Below, in pieces: positions 41,757 to 57,334 of a stretch of 64,000 nucleotides of DNA. Both the position numbers and the translations under genes were made by a program. The stretch is from positions 83,390,001 to 83,454,000 of the forward strand of contig OX597820.1 in assembly GCA_951406725.2 (NCBI GenBank), given 5' to 3'. The stretch's first letter is position 1, and each line of letters opens with the position of its first letter. The notes beneath the pieces were generated by a model that had not been told where the DNA came from, made no database searches, and saw only the letters and a program-made list of their open reading frames with translations. This stretch comes from Octopus vulgaris. Lineage: Eukaryota.

Positions 41757-42143
41757 GAGTGAGAGAGGAGTGTATGCCATCGAAATGACACTGGGGTAAA
41801 ATATACGAAGCCCAGTATACCCATCATGACTACCCGTTTCATAAGGGAACACTAGGCACATGTATCACAACCACGTTTGCGCGACATGGTGAACTCACAT
41901 CAAGATTTAACAGCGCATGACCTTGCAAGTGGGGCCCAGTTAGAATTTTCTTCTGGTCGAGTAACCCATCCCGCTCAAAAGGTCCCTGAATAAGGGTTGT
42001 TTATGGATGTGGAACGAACCACCCATGTTTCCAGAGATGCACATACCGTCAGCCACTATGGGACATGCTCAACTGGTTAAGGTCAAACAACTGACAAGCA
42101 GATCTGTGGTACTGAGCAGAATATTTGCTGTAGCCCATCTTTT
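41757..42143 (-). mobile_element. Non-coding element inserted in (TAA)n, copy 1
   Basis: Bounded on both sides by (TTA)n. It shares sequence with 42210-42500 and 43594-44061. The minus-strand 3' end has the hairpin gtgtcat-ttcg-atggcat followed by (AAT)n. Confidence 0.8.
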
Positions 42144-42177
42144 ATTATTATTACTATTATTATAATTATAATTATTA

Positions 42178-42624
<447 letters not shown>

Positions 42625-42641
42625 GTTATTATTATTATCGA

Positions 42642-42672
<31 letters not shown>

Positions 42673-42998
42673 ATTGTTGCTATTATTTTTATTATTATTG
42701 TTATTTTTTTATTATTATTATTATTGTTATTATTATTGTTATTATTATTATTATTATTTTTATTATTATTATTATTTTCGTAGTTGGTGTTGTTATTACT
42801 TTATTATTATTATTATTATTAGTCTTATATATTTTTTCTAAACGTTCAATCTGCATCTGTGTTACAGTCACTGCCGAAACACATCCTGGGGAGAGTGAAT
42901 GATAAGTGATGCTACAGTATGACTGAAAGCGTGACCTCGGCATTGAAAGAGCCAATTCACATTTGTTCTATCTTTGATTACTGATAGAAATAATAATA

Positions 42999-43070
<72 letters not shown>

Positions 43071-43084
43071 TATACATACATACA

Positions 43085-43124
<40 letters not shown>

Positions 43125-43227
43125 CAATTGAGGATAAAATCTTTAAAAGAAATTATCAGTATATATATCACCAGGTGGTGCTATTAAGTTAGACATGGCC
43201 TGGGCCAATAATGGCCGAAACCTATCA

Positions 43228-43593
<366 letters not shown>

Positions 43594-44061
43594 TACCCAT
43601 CATGACTACCCGTCTGATAAGGGCACACTAGGCATCACAATGTGCGTGACATGATTAACAGCACATGACCTTGCAGGTTGGGACAATATAGAATTTTCCT
43701 CCAGTCGAGTAACCCATCGCGCTCAAAAGGTCCCTTAATAAGGGTTATTTAAGGATGTTGAACAAAACACCCGTGGTTCCAGTGGTGAATTATTTAAATC
43801 CCAAACAATCTCTCTCAACACTTGGCTATGATGCTCCCCCACTATTTCTGCTCGTGATCAGATATGCACATATCGTCAGCTCCACATGGACATTCTCAAC
43901 TGGTTAAGGTTAAAGAACTGACACGCAAATCTGTGGTATTGAGGAGAATATTTGCTGTAGCCCATCTTTTATACCAAAACAAATCAATGTACATGATAAC
44001 ACTTCCAATGAGTCGAGATCAGAAGCCATGAGAGTCAGTGCCTGGTACTGCATCAGGGCAC
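43594..44061 (-). mobile_element. Non-coding (TAA)n-associated element, copy 3 (retains the far end, gccctgatgcagtaccaggc), fused to SINE C
   Basis: tacccatcatgactacccgtctgataaggg...gctcaaaaggtccc...tgctgtagcccatctttt is shared with copy 1. It adjoins (TTA)n at 44062. Confidence 0.8.
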
Positions 44062-44202
44062 TTATTATTATTATCATCATCGTCGTTATTATTATTATTA
44101 TTGTTGTTGTTGTTGTTCATCTTCTTCTTATTATTATTATAAGTAGTAGTACTAGTAGTAGTAGTAGTAGTAGTAGTAATACTAGTAGTAGTAATGGTAG
44201 TA

Positions 44203-44271
<69 letters not shown>

Positions 44272-44801
44272 AGAGGAGAATGAAGGGGATAATGTGGAGA
44301 GGGAGTAGGATGATACGGTACTTTCTTTGGTTTTACATCTTGTCACATCACTACAAGATGTGATATCCTGTATCTACTATCGATGCATAGATGTGGAAAT
44401 TTTGCGAGGATTTCAGTTATGAATATAACTGCAAGATTTTAATCATTCCCAAGTCGCTCATTATTAGACAAATCCTTTCATATTGAAGTCCCTACAATCT
44501 CGTTATCTCTCTTTTTAGATATTATTTTTTGATAATTTCTCCAGAGAGGCATTACCGTCAATTAAGACTGATATTTCGATTAGGAAGCTCATCCAGTTAT
44601 GATGGTCTTTCACAAAAATATTCGGCTGATTAGACATGATTTGTGTTGTTGTTGTTGTAGTAGTTGTTGTTATTATTATTATTACTACCATCATCATCAC
44701 CATCATCATTAATATTATTGTTGTTGTTGGTGGTGGAGATGAATATTCTAAATGTGCTATTAATATCCCTTTGTGGAAAGAATATATGTACGTATATACC
44801 G

Positions 44802-44853
<52 letters not shown>

Positions 44854-45063
44854 TATGTGTGTGTATGTGTGCGTGCGTATGTATGTGTGTTTATGTGTAT
44901 ATGAATATATATATATTTATATATATGTACATATGCGTAAGTGTATATACAGATAGATAGATAGATACACGAATTGTGGATATGCGGGTATTGTATATAT
45001 ATGCATGTGTATATACACTTACACTTATATACATATATATAAATATATATACATATATACATA

Positions 45064-45177
<114 letters not shown>

Positions 45178-46452
45178 ATGACAAACAGAGAGAGATAGAG
45201 AGAACAAGGGAGAGAGATTGAGAGATAGTTGTGTATTAATGTTTTTGTGTGAGAGCGTAAAATAAAAAAAAAAGCATAACAGCTACCCAAAAATTGAAAC
45301 ATATATAGATAAAAATGAACTCGCTAGCATCACAGAATTTACATATAGATATACTAAACATAAATCTTTCCCTCTGAAATCAATCAACGCTTTGATGTGA
45401 CACAGAGACGCTTAGTAAACAAAGTAAAGTAGAGAATATGAATATGGCAAAAATGAAAATGAACAATAGCAACATCATATAAATTTCACTCGCTATAAAA
45501 TTGTTCGTCAGAAAAATGTTGTGATCTCTATATGAGTCAAAAACAGGTCTAAAAATTAGTTAGAAGAGAAAAAAAGAGAAAGAAGCCCAAAAACCTTCAA
45601 AGGAAACTTATATGCTTCATAATGGCATATTATAAATTGATATTTTTTCTGGCTTCTTATCTGTGTTCTTTTCAGCTTTGAACTTGTACACATACGTACA
45701 TACATACATACATGCATATATACAAACACACATATCACTGTATTTGCATACACACTCAAAATTTACAAAGCACCGGGACGCACACACTAAACCACCCCAC
45801 CGTACGCACACATACACATTGGTATATATATGTGTGTTTATATATTTATATACATTCAAGTAGTCCCCACCACACGCATGCAAACACACACACACATATA
45901 TATATGTATAAATATATATAAGCAACGGCCATCTATCCACGAACATTACACTTTAATTTCTGGTTTGGATTCGCTACTTCGGCAGTCAGTCCGGTTTGCA
46001 AGATAAATTTCATTTCACCTTGCACCACTGAACGCATCCAAAATGAATTTGGAGTGCGGTTTCAGGAATCCCCATGATTCTAATGTCACGTTGTAAGTGT
46101 TACATTTGTTCAAGTTGGTGCGAGTGAAACTATATCTTCTTATGATATCTTGTGTGCTGTTGTATATATAAACCAAAAGCAATATAAGAGAACTTGGTAT
46201 GTATTACCATGACATGCAAACGTACGATTGAGGGCTGCTTTATAGTTGAGTAAAAGTAAATACTTGACTATCTGTTAATTATGTAATTTTTTAAACATAT
46301 TCCCCTCTCAAAAGTGCCACACTTATTGCAGCAGTCGTCCACTTTTTATAAATCCTGTAAAAGAACCCTGAAGTTGGGACCATCAACCAGGTCTTTTCTG
46401 ATATTCTTAAAAAGCAATTTTAAATTTATATATATATATGTATATATATATT

Positions 46453-46551
<99 letters not shown>

Positions 46552-48504
46552 CATCTATATTTCATAATGCGGGCCGGTTTATATGATTACTCTGGGTTTC
46601 TCGATCATAAGGGGTTTAGACTTGTGGCGTATCTTCAGACGAAGGGTCTTTAGTTGACCACAAGGTTGCTCGAGATCGAAGCTTGAAGACCGTTGGCTAA
46701 GAGATATGATCACCTAGTGTTTACATTTGTAGAGAAGCATTCCCCCATCATATTTTGAAGGGATCTTTGGTCAGCTGTCTTTGGGACTAAACTCTTTATC
46801 AGCGAGAAAACTATGGTAGCCCCATAAAACGCCCTACATTATAATAGTAACTTCTCTACATCTTCGAGTGTGCTTCTCCTCCAAAATAGTAAGGTAGTGA
46901 TATATAATCTTAGCGGGTACGTATTAGCTTTTCCCGGTAGTGAAATCTGACTGACCTCCGTGAGTTTAGAAAAATTCCATTCAGTTTATTTTACTATTCA
47001 TATTAGTTCTTCACGTCGGTAAATCCATGTCTGTATAAAGACTGCACGTTGTCGGTAGAGAAGAAGTATGAAATTAACAATTAGCAGAATAGCGATTTAG
47101 ATATCCAGTTTTATTTTGCTGTCAGTCAGCTCTTTCCATGTGTGCACCTACAAATTCTGCTGCAAACTGTTGCACACTACAAAATATTGCTTCTGGATGT
47201 GCATGTTTGGTAATAATTGCCGCTTCTTTGGTGTGCTATTAACCGCGTTTCAGATCCTGTCTCAAATAAATATATGTCCTACCTAAAATTTCATATGCGT
47301 GGTGCTAGTAATCTAAAAAACAGTCTAAATGTTGACATTTAAAATTCTGCTGGTTAGAAAAACAAGAATCGGTCACTAGTCAATAAGTTCATTTAGTCTT
47401 GGAGTGGTGAATTGTAGTATATTTAGTATCAGGTTATTTAATGTATGTTATTATTGTCGTTACTGCTATTATCATCCCTATCGCTATTACTACCACTTGT
47501 ACTATTTTTATTATTACTATTACTGTTGATTATAAGCTATTGCTCTATTATTAATTTATTAAATTTATTATCAAATTAAATTTATGGATATCGTTAATTT
47601 CATTCCTATAGCGCTTGTTAATATTAAATTTATTTATATAGGAGTTTATATTTAATCAGCTGCTCTACTTGCTATTTATTTGATTTCTACACTAATTTGG
47701 TGCTATTCCTCTTTTTAATGTCCTTAAATGAGTTTTCGCGATTGGCAATTTTTATTTTTATATATGTTTTACAAGCATCTATATAATAATATACCTGACC
47801 TTCTGAGATATACCTTATGCTTGCTTACTGCTTCCTTAAACTTGCAGTTACATATATATGTGCATTAGCTTCTTATGCACTTCACACGAAATTAAAAATA
47901 ATAGCAGGTAAATATTGGGAAGAGTACCTATTGAGCCATATGTTTTAAAAAGAAAACATTGCAGATCCAATCAATCACTAGAACTGTAAAATTCTTTATA
48001 AATATCCAGGACTTTATCATTTAAGTATATATGATCATGTCTCGACACGCAACATCATGTATGAGTATACCTACGTATAAGAAAACATACAGATCTGCTC
48101 ATATACGAACACACATACAAAAATGACTGTTGATGTTGAAATTCCAATGAAGAAGTCTTGGATTTAGGTTAGACAATAGGTTAGAACCAAAAAAGATCTA
48201 GGTTGGATCGTTCTCCATTGGCAAGAAATCTTGAAATAAAACTGAATAATGGCATGCATACATATACAATACATGTATTCTAGATCTTATTCGTTGGTGT
48301 AGGCCAAAAGTCACCCCCGCATTCCTCTACAGTTCAAGGGAAACATTTTTAGGTTTGATTATTCTTTTATTCATTTACTTCTTACAGTTATTCGTCTGCA
48401 ATCGGATTTTTGAACGACCCAGTATCAATCGAATATATATTTCTAGCCCACAAGCGTTATACAGCGAGAAGAGGAAGGAAAACATTACCATTAAGAAAGC
48501 ACCC

Positions 48505-50360
48505 TCCCAAGAATTTCTACAGTCAGTCTGGTGAAAAAGTTGGAACGAAAAAGGGACTTCAACCTGAATGCATCGTGGTTAAATACAGTTGGGAGAGAAT
48601 ACTGTACCAACACTAACAGTAAAACATAAAATCGATGCAGAAACCTTCGCTATAGCCGTAGGCAAGCTGCAGAATGAGAAGTCTCCTGGAAGGGACCTAA
48701 CAGTTGGATATTGGTAAAAGAAGCTGGCATTTTATAGAGACCAATTGATATGTGTGTTTAAAAGGACTATGGAAGGACAGGCTGGTATTCCAAATTGGCG
48801 TGTTACAGCAAGGATCACTCTTGTTGCCAAAAATAAAATCAATGAAATGGCAGGAAACTACAGGCCCATTGCTTGCCTAAATATTATTTACAAACTGTAC
48901 ACTAGTTGCCTCAACCAATTCCTACAGGACCATTGTGAGTCGAACAGCAGTACGACTGATGAACAGCCTGGTGGAAATAAAGGAGTTTGGGGATGTGCCG
49001 AACAACTTTTATGATACACAGTCGTACTGTCTGAAGTAACAAAACAAGGTAGAAGCCTTGTGGACAGTATGGCTTGACTATAAGAAGGCATTCGACTCTA
49101 CACCACAGTCATGGGTTTTGAAGTGCCTACATCTGTCAAAAGTACCTACTACCTTAATTGCTGCTATAGAGAGACTCACAATGACATGGTCAACAGTTCG
49201 TACCTTTACAACTGAGGACAGAATAATTGTTTCGAATAGTATAGGCATTTCAAAGGGAATATTCCAGGGAGAAAGTCTTTCTATACTTGTTATCATTTTG
49301 GCATTGAATCCTCTATCGTTCCTACTACAGAAAACAGCGTAACTAATAATTTCCTTTTCGACGACCTCAGGATTTTTACTAAGATTATTACCAATGTCAA
49401 AAAGGCAACCTGGAATTAAATACAACATTTTTAGTTGATATAAGCATGGAATTTGGCTAAAAGAAATGCTCATATTTGGTTATAGAACGAGGAATGTCAG
49501 TCCTCCAAAGCCCAAACCTGTGCATGAACCGTCTTCTGTCTCCCCCATTGACAAAAAGAATGCTACAAGTAACTAGGCATAAATGAAAATGCATCAAAAG
49601 AAGGGACTGTGAATAGAGATAGCGACCCAAGAATATTACACAAAACTTAGGAAAATATGGCCCTCATAACTCACTTTTTTACAACAAAACAGCAATATTC
49701 CACAATGCATTTGCAGTTATAGTGCTGATCTCAACATTTGGGATAATTCATTGGTGTGCAGTGTAAATTCATTCCATAGATATCAAAACCCGCAAAATCC
49801 TGACAACAACTGGGAACTTGCACAGAAACAGTAATGTTGACAGGTTCTACCTAAGATGAAATGAAAGTGGTAGACGTCTGAGATCAGCGCAGACGGCCTT
49901 CGAATGTCATATGGTATTAATCAGGCAGCACCTGCTAAACAACAGCATGAAAAATAAATATATAAATGCAGTGCTAAAAAGTGAAGCGAGCAACATTATA
50001 CGTGGTAGTAGTGAGCTCCTCAAGAAGCACTCTCTCCCTGATGATCTCCTATACAGCTCCAAAACAGCATGGGTCTCTTACCTCAGAGAAGACCAAGATG
50101 GGAAGCACTCAGCATACAAACAAAAGATTGTGCATCGGTATGTTGTCTGGTAGCTTGAAGAAGACTGTAGAATTGACACAGAGCACAGCTTCTCATGGAT
50201 ACAACACCACTACATCACATCACACTGACGGCCATGCATTTGCAATCCAGGAACAGGAGATTGCCACAAAGTACCTGGTGAATAAGAGAGACAGTGATCC
50301 CAAGGTGCAACTGCATGTGTAGGCTATGTTATGTTTCTGTGGAAGACATCATTTGTTTTC
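48505..50360 (+). mobile_element. Degenerate R4/Dong-clade (RLE-type) non-LTR retrotransposon: RT domain through CCHC zinc knuckle
   Basis: KSPGRD..GYW, NYRPIACLNIIYKL, EQPG....GCAEQLL, WLDYKKAFDS, GIFQGESLS, FDDL-like, YK*LG, HRNSNVDRFYL, AIQEQEIATK and CRLC motifs in colinear order, with many stops and frameshifts. Confidence 0.85.
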
Positions 50361-52769
50361 TAGCATCATCTTTTGGAGGAAAAATGGTAAGCATATTTGT
50401 TGTTGAAGCTGAGAGACTTTTGAAACAGTCGTGTGACAGTGCATTTCTTTTAGGTATTATTTCAAATTCAACCTCATTGTAATTCAGGTTGCTAATAAAA
50501 TATCAGTATAATTTTTTATGTTTAATAATTAATATTCTTTTCTCTGTTGGACTCCATATCAGTTATCCCCCACAGTAATGACTAATTCGATAATTTTCCG
50601 TTCTCAATACGTGATCCAAATTGGGGGCAAAATGAGTAATGGCTAATTACAATAATATCAGGGTTTCGGATAAGAACTCCCACATGTTGGATTTTCCGAA
50701 TTTTTACGGTGATTTTTCAAAATTTCTTCTTCACCACAGTCTAATTTTGGCATTCTTTTCGGTATACTCCTCAGGGCTGTCAAAATTCGTTAATATGGGA
50801 CGATATAATTGTTCGTTAACTTCCGTAAAAATTTATATTTATTTACTTTTGATTAAAAGTGAAAGAGAGGGGAAGTGAAAGATGTACCTGTATATGAAAT
50901 GACAAACGGATATCACTATGGTTTTGACACACGTGCCGTATCATCAATTCCGGTGGTGTAAACATTGTTACAAAAACAAACGGTATCTAGGAATGCATCA
51001 ACTTAATTACTACAAGTAAGAACAACAGAGTAGGCATATCTAGATAACTTATCGCTACAAAGTAGTACTCATAACAAAGAACAGATGCCTAAAATTGCAG
51101 TCAGATAATACAATGAACATCGACTGCTTGGTACTTTATTTCTGAAACAATATCGCATCATGAATATGATATTACACGAAAAAGAAACCTGATAAAGACT
51201 AGTGGAATAGTACATCTTGCAAAGTTTTGCAACAATGTTCAGGGAAAAGGACGATCTTGGATGAATATCTATAAAACAATTTCAACGCTATAAAATATAT
51301 TAACCAAACAAATTGCTTATTGAAGGTAATACAATAAAATATGGAAATATAATTAAACGTATATCAATTTATTTATAAATATATACATACATATACATTT
51401 TTAATGAAACCAAATATATATAATAACACGTCGTAAATAAAAAAAAAACTAAATGATTCATTATAATTCAACAGTCATGCACTCTGTTACTTGGAGACAA
51501 CTCAACTTATCCTTAATTATAGAATTAATAAATGAATATACACTTGAAATGAGGAAATATATAATAAAGTAATATACACTAACAAATTATAAACATACAA
51601 TGCTATTAAAATAACAAATGCTATCGAAATAACACCATATATAACGAAACACCCACGTTTTGCAGAGAAATTAACAGAAGCCATACTCACGTCATAACCG
51701 TGCATTGCCAACGAACCGAAAAATCGATATATGGCGGTGGAAGTCAATCCTAACAACCCAACTGAAACGACAGCATGCCCTATAAAAATGACACATACCA
51801 ACTGGAAGTGACGTTGTACATAACAGTACATATAATAACAATACCTCAATACTTCTAGACAGTAAATTAAGCCCACCTAATTAAAGAACTAACACTCCTT
51901 ACAGTTCCAGTGTCAACTGCATAAGGGAGGTTATTGTATACGCTGTGGAAACCTCACCGTGTTTACTTATTCAGCAGTTAAACTATTTAACCAACATTTT
52001 ACTACTGTAAACTTGTTCCTCCGGGTGTACCTTTAACAAATTAACCCATCCCCAAACACCGAAACTTTATACTTCTACCACATCTAATGACTTGACGGGA
52101 AATACATTATAATCCATCCAAAAAGGAATTCTACTATCCATTCAAGGCAACGTTGCAATGCGGAAATTAAAGCTGTCACTGATACATGTGTAGCCTCTAC
52201 AGCGTTGTTTAACCAGAGCTATCTTTTCTCTACGGTATAGGGGCATTAAGAAAATTCAATTCACATGAAGAATAATAGAAATCTCTTGATGCAGGTCATC
52301 AATTAGCGCATATTCAAATTGCCTTAATTTTCTAAAAAAAAAAATTCAAAGTAAATGTAATGTATGTGGCATAACAATAAATGTAATGTAAGTGGCATTA
52401 ACGATAAAACTAACCATCTTCCTCAGTCGTCTATTACTAAAACATGTGTAACCCTTATATCTACGCATAAACAAAAAGCCTTCATCATTTCCACTACTCC
52501 CGTACCACCGACCCACATGTCTCTCCACTCTACTCTATTCCTTTGCATCCTAACCTTGACACCAAACTCTTCCGTTGTCTAGCCACCAGTCCTTAGTGTT
52601 TCTGTATTCTTCAACTTGATCGAATCTTTCATGCAGGTACTAATCATATTAAATAGCATCATATTCATCGTATTCCTGATTTATTCTGCAAAAGGTGTTC
52701 ATAAAGTGCAGTATTTTTTTTACTATACATCTTCGTTATCTTATTAAGAATTGTTCACTTGCGGTGTCA

Positions 52770-53471
52770 CTGGTTTACCGGGGCTAAGGCATTCCTTACG
52801 GTGCTTCATATTGATGTACAAGTTCCCTCATTCGTTGCCAGTAACGATTAAGTAAAGAAATTGTTGATTGTGTCCATGAGTTGAGCGGAGACGAGCAAGC
52901 AAACCAGCAGAGATTGTGGCTCGTTGATTCTTGTTGTTGTCACATAAAGCATGCAGAAACCATGCTCCATACTTCTGAACCTTACCCATCGAGTGAAGAT
53001 GCTTCTCTATATTAGTGTGGGAGCATTCCATTTTCTCTGCCAGTTGTTTTGTCGTTTGACGAGAATTTATATGCAAAATTTGGTGTAATCGTTCTTCACC
53101 GACTTCAACAGGACGGCCAGAACGAGGTGCGTCTTTGAGGTTAAAATTTTTATGTTTGATCTTGGTATGAGCGGTTCTTTCAGTCAGGGCACTCTCGCCA
53201 TACACAGCACAAATGTCGAGAGCAGCATTTGCGGCCTTAGAAACTTAATTAAAAGCGAAAACAAGGAGGTCTTGAAAATGCTGGTTTTTCTTAACTTGGC
53301 ATTCTATTTTAATGATTTGTAAATAAACAAAAATTAACTAAAATTAACTAGAAAAAAAGTTACCAAAGTGATTCAAAAATAGAATTGTCGAAAACATAGA
53401 TTCCAAAATTTAAAACGTAATAAATTCCAATTTTTTTTTAAAACGGCCGGATCTTACTTGCCAACCCAGTA
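52770..53471 (-). mobile_element. Mariner-family transposon, 5' half
   Basis: ORF 52828-53205: VYGESALTERT..LKDAPRSGRP..WFLHAL (WVPHEL-like)..IVTGNE. TIR-like TActgggttggcaagtaag at 53471. Confidence 0.88.
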
Positions 53472-53595
53472 CTATATAAAGAACGATCTACATAGATAGA
53501 TAAATAATAATATAAAGGGTAATTAGAAATATTAGAAATGTCTACTACCAGTGGCCTAGCGTATAAAAATTTAGTCAAAATACTATATATTATTC

Positions 53596-53794
53596 ATATA
53601 AATAAAGTGTACATTGAAACACATAAGAGGTATCCATCATAGGACTCCTTGCACACTAGATAAAACAGTTAAATTCCAAACCACTATTAGGGATAAAACC
53701 TCGAAGGGAATGAAAAAAGAACTGTTCTATCTAGCGTGCATGGAGTCCTATGATGGATACCTCTTGTGTGCTTAAATGTACACTGTATTTATAT
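53596..53794. repeat. About 75-bp inverted repeat (about 68/75 identical) with a 49-nt spacer
   Basis: 53596-53670 versus the reverse complement of 53720-53794. Confidence 0.92.
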
Positions 53795-55345
53795 AGATAG
53801 ATAGCTAGCTAGCTAGCTAGATAGATAGATAGATAAAGGACTAAATTGTACGGCACCATAATATTTCATGATTTTAGTGGGAAATTTCACAAAGACTCGA
53901 ACACTATTGCTAAAAGTGCGGGGATCACAAACAACTTTTATCTGTAGCTCATTTGCTGGGACGATCTGGGGCATTAAGTATTGGAAATACGTTGCTTTAA
54001 TATCAAGAGAGTAGATGAAATATTTTAATTAAAACGAACAACTTTAGAAAAGAGGTGCATCGAATATAAGAATAAATCACTATTGATGCAATGATATATT
54101 TGTTGTAAATAAATGCAGAATAAAGATTTCATGGTAGAGTAATTCAAGAATATAAAAAGCAAATTTCATGCAAATGGTACAACTGAATCGGAGACGGATT
54201 AATGCAGAATGACACTATTGGAGCAAATTCGAGAATTTTACTTTCAATTCTATCATAATAATGGAAGATGCATACAAAGTGGCGGGAAACTATATAAATA
54301 TGATATCGAACCGTGTATTGAGCTGCAAATACTTAGAAACAATTCTGTTTTCGAAAGTTAGTAAACTACTTTGACAAAGAATGTCATAACAAATAATATC
54401 ATCTACTTACACTTGTCATAGTTTCCCAACCAATCGCAGTTTTCTTACAGACTATGAATTTCCTTTCCCATCAATCCAAAATAATGTAGAGATATATCAG
54501 AATTAGTTGGAGCTTCAATATCATACTCGCGTGCAAGAAAATACTCATTTCACATACACATTCTTTAAACGTAAACACTCGTGTACCTAAGTCGGAAGAT
54601 ATACATATACCCACATATGACGTTTACTTCTATTATTCATTTACGCAATTCAACCATCGAAATGCGGTCATACAAGAGGCATCAAGTTCATGGCTTTTAG
54701 TCCGTCATATCAACTGTTGCACTAATTTCAAATTGATATACATTTTATTGACCCCTATTGTATCACTACTAACGTGGAGTAATCACTCGATGTATATTTT
54801 AACACTAATGTACAGAAATATAGACACATACACAAATACAGAAATGTGCAATATACCGATGCGTTTTGATTTCTATATTGATATATTTCGACTGGGATAT
54901 ATAAAGACAGAATATGCGAGTAACCTATCGTTGAGCAGGGACTGTTTTTAAACTTTTATCATAACATAATCTGCGATATATAATAATCTAGGATATATAT
55001 CATATACGATATAATCTAGTATATACATGGAGAGGTCTAATTTGTAATTACAGATTGAAGGCTAACTGTAAAATTGTATTTGGTGTAATATCAGCTTTTC
55101 AGAAATCTCCGCAATAATTAATATAAAATACACGTTTTCCAGGATTTTTATGGTTAACTTCCATATTGATCTAATTTTCTTCGAGGCTCACAATTACATA
55201 ACCCAAAACATCACAAGAGGAACTCAATATCACTCCAACATCCTTATTTTTAGCAGATAGTGTTATCTTAATTTATTCACATATCACGCAGACAAGATGA
55301 TCAACAATTACATACACACGCACACACATACACACACACACACAT

Positions 55346-55392
<47 letters not shown>

Positions 55393-55394
55393 CA

Positions 55395-55960
55395 CATTTA
55401 TCTGTAAATGTAATATGTGACAATTATTCGGTAACCACGATAAAACTCCGAGTATCGGATGTCGGGGTGGAAATCCACGCCACCATCTCTTCAGTTAACC
55501 GGGCTCCGTAAAACATGCTATGGAAATGACAGTTAAACAAAGGGAAATTACTGTGTGATTGACCGTTGTTAAGACATAAGAGCTCTTTCAATGACCGCTA
55601 AGTGAGGTAAGAGAGTAAAGTTAAGGGGGTAAAACGTACTTAGTATTCGCGTAAGCGCGCATGTCTATATCTACCCCCTTAACATTACTCCCTCCCCTCA
55701 CTTAGCCGTACAGAGTGAGCAGAGTAATAACAATATGGAACACTATCCAATGGGCTAAATTATAAATTTATAGATATAAACCTTTATGTACATTTGGATA
55801 ATTGAGGATAATATAGTGTACGTAATACCTCAGAATCCCTACATGTCTGCACCCCATATCTGCTACATTCATCCAAATAATACATTTATTTGCATCTACA
55901 TCTGATATTTCCCCTACCCTCGGACATAAATTGAATATCATCCAACTACAGAACAAATTA
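55395..55960 (-). mobile_element. Penelope-like pLTR remnant with mutated hammerhead (55439-55500) and long hairpin (55597-55706)
   Basis: Minus strand reads ggttaa-CTGAAGA-gatg...catc-c-GATA-c-tcgga-g-TT-ttatc, with GAAA changed to GATA. gctaagtgagg..gttaagggggta pairs with tacccccttaac..cctcacttagc. Confidence 0.55.
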
Positions 55961-56036
55961 ATTATTTAATTTGTTAGCTGGAAATGCTTGGGTTACCCCA
56001 CCTTTATATGTACATGGATTTACCGTTAGATGTATT

Positions 56037-56087
<51 letters not shown>

Positions 56088-56111
56088 GTATGTACGTATG
56101 TATGTATGTAT

Positions 56112-56196
<85 letters not shown>

Positions 56197-57334
56197 GTAT
56201 ATATATGCATACATACATGTGAACATTTTTCTTCAAACTACTGCCCAGCTTACCTTAAACACTCAATGAAGCACATAATTAAATAATTTAATGCTATAAC
56301 ACAGTGCAATCCATTTAATACTTTATGTCCATTATTCTATATTTTACTAGTATAGGTTTTAGCAATAAATAACTCTAACTCAGAAAAACAAGCAATCGAT
56401 CCGGTCCGTTCTATTTGTTGTCCCTTGTAAGATAATCCTCCTTATTACGCCTTCCAACAAAAATGAATCCTCCTATATTATGTTTAACAACATAGTCGAT
56501 TCCCCTGGTAGATGCATATGTATTTATATTTGTATTTTTTATTTTATACGTTTGTAAAAATTTATTTTTTCTTATGCTCTTCCTTAAATCATATCCCCTT
56601 AGTCATATTGCTTTAGTTATCGCACTCATTCACAGTCATTTATTTAATTATTTATTTCTCTAAATTTAATTTAATTTGATTTAATTTAATATTGTTTGAA
56701 TGTTATTTTGCTCTCCTACTTGCCCATAGTGGTCATGGCTTTTTAACCATTTATTCTATAAATAATTTATTTAGTCATATATTCATCTGTTTTGTTTTTG
56801 TGTTATCAGTTAGTCATCAACAAACCAGAACCGCGTCATAATTTTCAAAATCATAGCTTACCAATTAAGTTGCAGGACTGACCATAACCACTACACACAA
56901 GGATTCAGGGACTGTTGATCGAAAAAGTAACGAACACGAACACCATGGTGCCATACTCGCTTTAATACAAACTAAGATTTTACATATAAATTTCCACCTC
57001 CGAAACACGGACCATACTTCACCCCATACTTTCAAACACACCACTGTAAACACAAATATAACGTGTATTTATATGTAAACAAAATAAAAACAACTGCCTA
57101 AATTTACTCTTCCTAAAAAGACTCATCTTTAGAAGGAATATATTCACATATCCACCACTGGACAAAATAACATGAATTTTGGAAGGCAACACTTGAAGTC
57201 TATGACTTATTTCTCTTTCCTATACCTAATCCATTTTACTAAATTTTACTCCTCTACACTCTAAGTCTTGCTCCTATTCTTCTTATGCCCCCCTCAAGAA
57301 GAAAATATACTGTGCCTATTAGTAACTGACTCTC

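Noticed and set aside
46625-46710. tatctt-cagacga-ag-ggtcttt...gaagacc...gagata, HHR-like with long stem II
   Set aside because: The core is mutated (CAGACGA) and GAAA is absent, so it is counted only as a weak relic.
50915-50950. Minus-strand ttgatga...gtcaaaac, possible decayed hammerhead
   Set aside because: Both conserved core segments are mutated.
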